Of a DNA stretch of 32,000 nt, positions 25,170-32,000 are shown piece after piece. The translations under genes and the position numbers were made by a program. Position 1 is the stretch's first letter. The number at the start of each line of letters is the position of its first letter. The notes below the pieces were generated by a model, which made no database searches, had not been told where the DNA came from, and saw only the letters and a program-made list of their open reading frames with translations. Source of the DNA: Methanopyrus kandleri AV19 (GTDB taxonomy: Archaea; JAADCQ01; Methanopyri; Methanopyrales; Methanopyraceae); assembly GCF_000007185.1 (NCBI RefSeq), contig NC_003551.1, positions 1,230,001-1,262,000 on the forward strand, written 5' to 3'.

Positions 25170-25841
25170 GTGTTCGAGCTGGCCGTCAAGGCCTTCGGTC
25201 TCCCGGATTCGACCGTGACCCACGCCAAGCGCGGCCTCCAGATCATGGACGACCGGGCTTCGAGGGGCCGGAAGCCGGTCACGAGGGGCGACTACGGTAA
25301 GGTGACGAGGGGGGTCGCCAGGCTCGTCAGGCACGCCCACACGACGCTGGTGGTACCGGGTCTCGACGTCGTCACGAAGTGGGCTAAGCGCTACGGGAAA
25401 AGGCCCTGGAAGATCGTCCGTAACGTCCTCGAGGACGGTGGCGGGCTCCTCGACGAGACCCCCCTGAGGTTCGAGGACCTGCCGCCGGGCGCCGCCCCGA
25501 TCGCGGCCGTGGTCAGGACGGGGAACGCCCGGAAGGTCGTCGAGGAGGCGTTCCTGACGGAATACCCGCTGTTCGCGGCGATGATGTGCGCGGTGCTCGA
25601 GGACGCGGCTCGGACAATGCTCGAGCGGTTCTCGGAGGAGGAGGTCGAGACTTACGGGGAGTTCTGTCGGAAGCACCCGGGGAGGCACGGTTCCAGCTTC
25701 CTGATCGGGGTAGCCCTCTGGGGCTGGCTCGAGGAGAGGACGGGGGAGACTATCGACGTCGACGAGACCCTCAGGAGCATCGAGAAACTCGCCAGGGACC
25801 CGGTGGAGGAGGCCGTGAACGGGATCCTAGACGTCGGCTGA
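25170..25841 (+). CDS. Uncharacterised helical protein, likely cotranscribed partner of the ParA-like ATPase
   Basis: GTG start 14 nt after the ParA-like stop, preceded by gggggag. 223 aa, no recognised motif. Confidence 0.65.
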   Translation: MFELAVKAFGLPDSTVTHAKRGLQIMDDRASRGRKPVTRGDYGKVTRGVARLVRHAHTTLVVPGLDVVTKWAKRYGKRPWKIVRNVLEDGGGLLDETPLRFEDLPPGAAPIAAVVRTGNARKVVEEAFLTEYPLFAAMMCAVLEDAARTMLERFSEEEVETYGEFCRKHPGRHGSSFLIGVALWGWLEERTGETIDVDETLRSIEKLARDPVEEAVNGILDVG

Positions 25842-25897
25842 TACCCGCCGAGGCAGTGACTAGAGGATCTCTCGGAGAGTTTAACGGACTGGGGGCG

Positions 25898-27057
25898 GTG
25901 CCGGTGGATGCTGAGCACTGGGAAGTCCCGATTGTGCCGAAACCCGAGTTCCGGGAGGCACTGCAACGGTACATGATCTCCCGACTCGAGGAGGTCGGCG
26001 TTGGCCCCAAAACCGTCGAACAAATTGTAAACCTTAATATCGAGAAGGTGGAGCCATGGAATGACATCAAATCAAAGATAACTTATGAAATCCAATATAA
26101 TTTGAAGCATTGCTGTTGCATGGTAGAGGACTTAAAAAAAGATTTGAAACGTATCTACGGAGAGTTGAGGCTTGAGGACCTCTGCTCGTTCGGTGACGCT
26201 GCCCTGTGGTTACTCGGCGTCCGTAGAGCGGTGGTCGAGTTCATCCACGACCTCCTTCTCGAGCGACCGGACCTCACTAAGGCTGTTGACCTCTGGTTGG
26301 TCGGAAGGATGCTCGATGCGGGCGAACTCAAGGCGGCTACGGAGCTCCTGGAACTGAACGGGTACGAGGTTCCTCCGTCCCCAACTCGAGTACCAGAGCT
26401 AAAAACTACCGAAAGAGTCCATAGGCTGGGTCACGTAATGACTGAAACGATACTCACGGCCCACGCGCTCTCGAACAGGGTCGATAGCAGCTCCTTCGAC
26501 GAAGCCGTTGGAAAGGTCAGGAACTGGTTCAAGGAGGCCCAGTCATCGCTGAGGAATGAAGTTCAGAAGGAGGATAGCTCGGAGCTAGTGGTGAAATTTA
26601 TCGAAGGGTTGCGCGACACGCTGGAGGATCTTATCAGAAAGACGTTAGAGCACGGTAAACCCGAGCTTGAGGAGGTCAACTCTACTTTCGAGCTGTTGGG
26701 TATCGACGATCTAGGTTCGTTTTTCAGCCGGGCGTGTGGTGAGTTCAAACGGGCGGTGGATTACCTCGTCGAGGTGGTCGAGTTCGACCCCGGACGAATG
26801 GCGAAGAACTTACTCCGAGCGAGTCCGGAGATAGAACTCGGGGATCGGACGCTGGAACCGGAAGTGTACGATCCGAGGTGGAGCATCTTCGAGCGAGACC
26901 TGAGCGAGCTCGACAGGATTACGAAGGAGATGATCGAAGAGCTGGTCACCGAGACCGATCGGTCTTCCTCCGAGCGCGAAGCCCCCCCGACCCACTGTCC
27001 GAGGTCGTGGACTCCGTCGTCAAGGAGGCGCTTGACAAACGCCGAGGGAACTCTTGA
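25898..27057 (+). CDS. Paralog 1 of the three-member helical family; frame interrupted at a C7 tract
   Basis: VPVDAEHWEVPIVPKPEFREALQRYMISRLEEVGV... and LGIDDLGSFFSRACGEFKRAVDYLVEVVEFDPGRMAKNLLRASPEIELGDRTLEPEVYDPRWS align with paralogs 2 and 3. After a -1 shift at 26982-26988 the other frame reads DPLSEVVDSVVKEALDKR, matching the paralog C-termini, and stops at 27057. Confidence 0.65.
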
Positions 27058-27182
27058 ACCCAGTCCTACCCCCTATCGCTCGATGACTCCTAGGATCTCT
27101 CCCAGCGATCCTGTCGGAAAAAGGTCCCCGCTAGAACCGCGCCCGAACTCCCCGACGGCCGCGCATGCCTTAGTGGGTACCC

Positions 27183-28277
27183 TTGATACTGTTCTCGTTC
27201 CGACGACTTTACGCCCGGGATCGCGACCGAGCGCCACGTCTCACGGGGCGGTGGGCGTTGAGGGTACTCCCGGCCGACGAGCTGGAGGAGTGGCTGTCGG
27301 AACGACTGGAAAGCTTCGTGGGCGAGGTCGGCGAGTACTCGATCGTGCTCGCGTGCGCGTTCTCCAGGCGCGTGGGGAGCGGGTTGCCCGCGAGCGACCT
27401 CGTGACGGCCATCCGGGAGCTAGACCCCGGCCCGTGCCGGGTCATGCTGCTGTGGGGCGCCGGTACCACCGAGGTGGCGGACCCGCTGGAGGCCGTGCGG
27501 GCCGCGGAGGACCTGCGCGGTTGCGGCGATGAGGCCTGGATCGGCGTGCACCCGACGCGACCCTTCCACGGTAAGTTCCTCCGCGTGCTCCCGGAGGGTG
27601 AGGGCCCGGAGCTCTCGATCGCCTTCAGCTGGAACCTCTCGCGGACGGCGGCGGACGCGGGTTCACTCGAGAGCGTGCTCGAGCGAAGGGAGGAGCGCGG
27701 TGAAACGTTCGAAGAGTTCGTGGGCAGGCTACGCGAGGACGGCTGGCTCGTGGGCCGGTTACGCCGTGAGGGTGGGAAGTCCCGCGTCGTCCTCGAGGAC
27801 GTGCGGAAGTTCAGGTTCCCCTGCTCGGGCCCCCGGGAGGTGCGGGTGCGTGGACGGGTGGGCGTGCTCTCGGGAACGGTGAGCGTCACGGAGCTGGTCC
27901 TGGACGACGGGTCGCGGGAGGTGACGTTGGTCCTGGATAGGGGGCTCCGCGAGTCCTTCGAGGACGTCGAGTCGGTGGTGACGGAGGTCGTAGAGGGGGA
28001 GTTCCGGCGGGTCGTGCAGGACGGGGAACTGGAGAGCGACGTGGTGCGGTACGGGATCGTCCGCGCGGTGCGGGACGTCGTGGAGGAACTCGTCGAGCGG
28101 GGTGAGGCGGAGTACGAGGTCGCCGTGCGGGCGGAGGAGACGGTGAACGGCGACGAGGCGGGTGTGCTCGCGGACGAGTGGAGGTTCCCGAACGCGAAGG
28201 CGGCCCTACGCTCGCTCGTCCGGGAGATCCTCCGGACACGGTTGCGCGAGGTGTTGGAGGAGTTAGTTGAAAGTTAA
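27183..28277 (+). CDS. PLD-like superfamily protein (helicase-associated PLD style); probable start TTG 27258
   Basis: EYSIVLACAFSRR...CRVMLLWGAG...EAWIGVHPTRPFHGKFLRVLPE...LSIAFSWNLSRTAA has HxK and downstream xxN spacing. The first ~25 residues look spurious. Confidence 0.5.
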   Translation: MILFSFRRLYARDRDRAPRLTGRWALRVLPADELEEWLSERLESFVGEVGEYSIVLACAFSRRVGSGLPASDLVTAIRELDPGPCRVMLLWGAGTTEVADPLEAVRAAEDLRGCGDEAWIGVHPTRPFHGKFLRVLPEGEGPELSIAFSWNLSRTAADAGSLESVLERREERGETFEEFVGRLREDGWLVGRLRREGGKSRVVLEDVRKFRFPCSGPREVRVRGRVGVLSGTVSVTELVLDDGSREVTLVLDRGLRESFEDVESVVTEVVEGEFRRVVQDGELESDVVRYGIVRAVRDVVEELVERGEAEYEVAVRAEETVNGDEAGVLADEWRFPNAKAALRSLVREILRTRLREVLEELVES

Positions 28278-28332
28278 TTTAGGACAGATGTTATCTCATC
28301 AGGAGGTTCCGTGTCGCCAGGGGGCGTTCCAG
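28271..28332 (+). promoter_or_regulatory. Upstream block shared with paralog 3 (TATA-like ttaattta, SD aggaggt)
   Basis: Ungapped alignment to 29779-29840: AAGTTAATTTAG...TCTCAyCAGGAGGTTCCGT..CG.CAGGGGGCGTTCCAGTG. Confidence 0.6.
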
Positions 28333-29615
28333 TGCCCGAGCGCGTCCCATTGAGCCCGACCGAAGAGTTCTATGACAGGGTGAAATCGTACGTGGAACGC
28401 CGAATGTCGGACCTCGGCTTAGAACCTCCGGAGGATAATGAGAGTCTTCTCTACGATGAGAAGTATGGTCATTTCTGGACGTTCAACGGATTTGGTCGAG
28501 AATTGTGGAGTGATTTAAGTGCAGTATGGATATTAATCGTATTACCTTCGAATGGTCTTCTTTCAGAAAACATATTCGAACTTGAGGAACAACCGTCGAC
28601 GGGTAAGGTATTAAGGGACGAAGTAGAAAGAGTTGGAAGGGGATTGCTAGAGCGGGAGTCTAAGCGTCATTTTAGTGATTACTTTTTGGGAGAACTAGAA
28701 GTCTTCAAGGAAGCCTCACAGCATGTCAAACGCTTCGTACTAGATGAGCCGAACTTTGAGGTTGCGGTTAACCTCTGGATCGCCGGAGCTGCTCTTGCGT
28801 CTCAAGATGGTACCCCAAGAATCGCCATCCAGGCTATCAGTTCGATAGACACCGAAGTTTCTGAGTTTCCAGTTGGGGTTCCTTCGTACCCTCTTGGTTA
28901 TATCCTCCAAGGTTGTGGCATAACGGCTTCCGTACTCTGCCTGACTGCTCACGCGATGGTTAACCGTGGAGTAGAAGAAGATCAGTTACTTGAATATCTA
29001 AGTGATACGCCCTATGGTGAGAAAGTTCGGATTATATGCGCATCATGGGTTGAGGGAACGTACAAAGAGGTGATTAAAGAATGCCTAGAAGGTTTGAAAG
29101 ATGGACTTAATAGATTACTGAGGAAAGGACGAGGTTTAAACATGAGGGATCTAGGGATAGACGACCCTGAGGAGTTCGCTCATGAAGTTTTGAGAAAACT
29201 TGCTGATGTAATAGCTAACATCTCCGCCGTCTTCGAAACTGTTCACAGAGAACCTGAGAGGATCGTTCATACCCTTCTCTCGGTCGATGAAGAGATACGA
29301 CTCGGAGATAAGATCATCCCACCTGAGGAATATGATCCAAATGGAACAAATATGTATCGGTTGGAGAAGACCTTCGAGAGTATCGATGCTGAGAAATTTG
29401 TAGAAGATGCTATGAAAACAGTCGGTAAGCTCGTAGGCGGGTCAAAGGGTGAAGATGTAGCCGAAACCGCGACCAAACTGGCGACAGAAGCGGTAAAACA
29501 GGGGTTGAACATAATATCCGAGTCGGGTGGGGATCGTAAGGGGAGGAGCACACTAGGGGAGCTCATCGAATCCGTCGTTAAGGAGGTCATGGGTGACGAC
29601 CGGAAGAGAAAGTAA
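28311..29615 (+). CDS. Paralog 2 of the three-member helical family
   Basis: VPERVPLSPTEEFYDRVKSYVERRMSDLGL at the N-terminus. C-terminal LGIDDPEEFAHEVLRKLADVIANISAVFETVHREPERIVHTLLSVDEEIRLGDKIIPPEEYDP...LGELIESVVKEVMGDDRKRK. Alternative start GTG 28332. Confidence 0.75.
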   Translation: MSPGGVPVPERVPLSPTEEFYDRVKSYVERRMSDLGLEPPEDNESLLYDEKYGHFWTFNGFGRELWSDLSAVWILIVLPSNGLLSENIFELEEQPSTGKVLRDEVERVGRGLLERESKRHFSDYFLGELEVFKEASQHVKRFVLDEPNFEVAVNLWIAGAALASQDGTPRIAIQAISSIDTEVSEFPVGVPSYPLGYILQGCGITASVLCLTAHAMVNRGVEEDQLLEYLSDTPYGEKVRIICASWVEGTYKEVIKECLEGLKDGLNRLLRKGRGLNMRDLGIDDPEEFAHEVLRKLADVIANISAVFETVHREPERIVHTLLSVDEEIRLGDKIIPPEEYDPNGTNMYRLEKTFESIDAEKFVEDAMKTVGKLVGGSKGEDVAETATKLATEAVKQGLNIISESGGDRKGRSTLGELIESVVKEVMGDDRKRK

Positions 29616-29778
29616 GTGGTCATTCTTTGCCTTCTCAATGATTAAGTGTCCTCGTACCGTTCTCTACCGATCGCCGATACTCCGAAATCCCTACTCTACC
29701 GTCAGGAAAGCCCTCCGAACGGACGTTCCATCGACTAAAAGGAGTATCTCAACTGTGTGAAGCACTGTAAGGTTGGTT

Positions 29779-29840
29779 AAGTTAATTTAGAGCGGACGTT
29801 GTCTCACCAGGAGGTTCCGTACCGTCAGGGGGCGTTCCAG
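29779..29840 (+). promoter_or_regulatory. Upstream block shared with paralog 2
   Basis: Ungapped alignment to 28271-28332 at a constant offset of 1508 nt. Confidence 0.6.
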
Positions 29841-31165
29841 TGCCTGAGTGCGTCCCGCTGAGCCCGACCGATAGGTTCTACGACAAGGTGAAATCCTACG
29901 TGAGACACCGGATGTCGGACCTCGGCTTAAGGATTGGAGATGCCGCTCTTTACGATACAAAGTACGGTCCCCTTTCACCACTTCCCATTTTCATGGATGG
30001 ATGGTGGCGTGGATCATGGATTCGAGAGCGTAGATTATGGGATGGAAAGCTGGACAAGCCATGGCTATTAACCGTGTCAGTCCTAGCCGAACTTTTCGAT
30101 TCTAATCCTGAAGAAATTGCTGGCATTCCCTCAATTGAAATTGAACCAGGAGCATCAAAATTGGGATATATGCTAAGGAAAATGATAAAGACTGGAGAGG
30201 AGTCGTTAAAAGAGAAACGGGAGTATGGACACCTAAGCGACTATATTCTGTGGGCACTGGAAGTAATTGAGGTGATCACTCGAAGAATCAGGGATCTCGT
30301 ACTGGACAAGCCAAGCCTTGAGACCGCCCTGAACTTTTGGGTCATTGGAGCTGTTCTTAGCTCTCGAAACGTTTCAAAAGTTACTGTCATTAGCGATTCA
30401 GTGGATCTTGAAATACCGAAGTCTTCTGTCGAGATTCCGTTACCTTATGGCATTAACATTCAAGGTAGTAGCTCAATAACTTCCACGCTCTATGTAATTG
30501 CTCACGCGATGGTACATCGTGGGATAGATGAAGACCAGCTGTTAGAACACTTTAATATACAAACAGTGTGCGCGTTATGGATCGAGGAGAATATGCATAA
30601 AAAGATGATTAAGAAAGGACTAGAGGAATTAAAACACGGTTTTGAAAAGTTACTAAAGAAGTCGAAGTGGGAGCTGGAACTCGAAGACTTAGGGATCGAT
30701 GACCCCGAAGCGTTCTTCCACGAAGTCTCGAAAAAACTCGCCGAGATTGTGACCAACGTTTCAACCGCTTTTGAAACTATTCAAGATAAGCCCGAAGAGA
30801 TCGCCCGGAACCTGCTCTCGGTCGACGAGGAGATCCGACTCGGGGACGAGGTCATCCCGCCCGAAGAGTACGATCCCAAGTGGAGACAATCACAACGCGT
30901 GAAACAACACGTAAAAGGCACTCTGGAAAGCATCGACACCGAGAAACTCGCGGAAGATGCGTTGAAGACGGTAGGAAGGCTCGTAGGCGGGTCGAAGGGC
31001 GAGGAGATGGCCGAGACCGCGGCCAAGCTGGCGACGGAGGTAGTAAAACGAGGGTTGGACATGGTGTCCGAGTCAAGTGGGAATCGTAAGGAGAGGAGTG
31101 TGCTAGGGGAACTCATCGAGGCGGTCGTCAAGGAGGTCATGGACGGCGCTCGGAAGAGGAAGTAG
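29840..31165 (+). CDS. Paralog 3 of the three-member helical family
   Basis: VPECVPLSPTDRFYDKVKSYVRHRMSDLGL at the N-terminus. C-terminal LGIDDPEAFFHEVSKKLAEIVTNVSTAFETIQDKPEEIARNLLSVDEEIRLGDEVIPPEEYDPKW...LGELIEAVVKEVMDGARKRK. Confidence 0.75.
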   Translation: MPECVPLSPTDRFYDKVKSYVRHRMSDLGLRIGDAALYDTKYGPLSPLPIFMDGWWRGSWIRERRLWDGKLDKPWLLTVSVLAELFDSNPEEIAGIPSIEIEPGASKLGYMLRKMIKTGEESLKEKREYGHLSDYILWALEVIEVITRRIRDLVLDKPSLETALNFWVIGAVLSSRNVSKVTVISDSVDLEIPKSSVEIPLPYGINIQGSSSITSTLYVIAHAMVHRGIDEDQLLEHFNIQTVCALWIEENMHKKMIKKGLEELKHGFEKLLKKSKWELELEDLGIDDPEAFFHEVSKKLAEIVTNVSTAFETIQDKPEEIARNLLSVDEEIRLGDEVIPPEEYDPKWRQSQRVKQHVKGTLESIDTEKLAEDALKTVGRLVGGSKGEEMAETAAKLATEVVKRGLDMVSESSGNRKERSVLGELIEAVVKEVMDGARKRK

Positions 31166-31322
31166 GTGAAGTCGCCCTTACATTCCTCGATAATCCCTAT
31201 ATCACCGCAACTCCCGACCGTTGGGTCCGGCGGATTATCTGGCGCTCAGCGTCCAGCAACAACAGCACTGCCCTCGGCGTCGTAGGGTGAGGAGGCTCCG
31301 CACGTTTCCGCAGACCCGACTG

Positions 31323-31349
31323 GAATCGTTAATATTTCTGTAACGATTC
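31323..31349. repeat. Perfect 9-bp inverted repeat
   Basis: GAATCGTTA-atatttctg-TAACGATTC. Confidence 0.75.
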
Positions 31350-31535
31350 TGAGTTGAGCTGCTGGAGAACCCCTCCGAACCCGTGATATTCCACACTAAG
31401 ATAGCGAGCTCATACTACTAATGGTTTTCGGGAACCACCGACCGCCGAAACCCCGGGGATCCCGACTTTACCCCGGAGAAAGCCGATCGGACGGGCGCTT
31501 CGTAGGGTAGGAAACCCTAAAGTTTCCGTAATAAC

Positions 31536-32000
31536 TCAACCGGTATCGTCACGACGCCACCGGACCGCGCGCCGTCCGATCGGTACGGGGATCGCCGGCA
31601 GAACGTGTCGCGACCCACGCCCCGACGACCCCTCGGACTCCCCGGTCTCCCCGCGTGTCCCCTCGACCTCGGAACCACTCGACCCGCCCGCGGGGAACTC
31701 CTCCAGCGTCCACTCCCCGAAACCGGGGTACTCCCGACGCACCGGCTTCAGCAGGTGACGGACACCGTCCCGGTCCTCGACGATCAGCCCCTCCGACGTC
31801 GGGTCACCGAGCGGTACTCCCGGGACTCCCGCACGGAACGCCCGTCGGAGAGGACCACGACGAACCCGTCGTCGAACCGGAAGACGGCCACGAACCAACC
31901 GTCCGACAGGTCCCGGCGGTACACCGGCTCCCCCGATCGCTCGGACGGGAGGACGTACGCGCGGCCGGTCCCCGGGTCGAGGACGACCGACCCCGCGACG
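31536..32000 (-). pseudogene. C-terminal part of a second large secreted beta-rich protein, related to 7166..10579, with a frame break near 31805; continues past the window edge
   Basis: Manual translation from the edge: VAGSVVLDPGTGRAYVLPSERSGEPVYRRDLSDGWFVAVFRFDDGFVVVLSDGRSVRESREYRSV-, then in the other frame -DPTSEGLIVEDRDGVRHLLKPVRREYPGFGEWTLEEF...IPVPIGRRAVRWRRDDTG*. Compare GGWFLAVFDIDGEYLVVLSDGKKVVDRRLYDSV...IPVPVPPVPVRRRRSA* in the first protein. Confidence 0.6.

Noticed and set aside
24244-25841. Calling the locus a canonical ParAB plasmid partition system
   Set aside because: The ATPase is ParA-like, but the downstream protein has no ParB/HTH signature and no clear parS-like repeat array was seen nearby.
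27100-27532. C-terminal extension of the 648-aa ORF 25586..27532
   Set aside because: Beyond the C7 tract it is low-complexity and overlaps the PLD-like gene in another frame. The true end of paralog 1 is at 27057 in the shifted frame.
1-32000. CRISPR array
   Set aside because: No regularly spaced direct repeats of 24-37 nt were seen. The intergenic motifs E1-E3 are irregularly spaced and divergent.

Overview
GC-rich archaeal window. Protein style, TTG/GTG starts and C/D-sRNA-like motifs suggest a Methanopyrus-like hyperthermophile; this is an inference and was not checked. The left edge holds a 5'-truncated FeoB-type permease, a ferritin-like/rubrerythrin-like protein and a small secreted protein. 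A mostly non-coding stretch follows, with recurring intergenic motifs and two candidate C/D box sRNAs. From ~7 kb to the right edge the window looks like an accessory island. It contains: (1) a 1137-aa predicted secreted beta-rich protein, with a C-terminal relative in inverted orientation at the right edge that carries a frameshift; (2) a convergent pair of a PIN nuclease and a degenerate PLD-like protein; (3) an isolated AT-rich orphan gene; (4) a metallo-beta-lactamase-fold protein, a DUF1156-type Zn-ribbon DNA methylase and a divergently transcribed DUF499-type ATPase whose frame is interrupted, resembling a reduced defence module; (5) a small AT-rich island; (6) a winged-helix protein, a ParA/MinD-like ATPase, a helical partner, a second PLD-like protein and three divergent paralogs of a helical protein family I cannot name. 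The best candidate for something undescribed is the ParA-linked three-paralog cassette at 23.7-31.2 kb. Its paralogs have well-conserved GC-rich ends and strongly divergent, more AT-rich centres. Several frame breaks sit at or beside homopolymers, so sequencing error must be separated from genuine decay or recoding. All family assignments come from motif reading only; no database search was possible.
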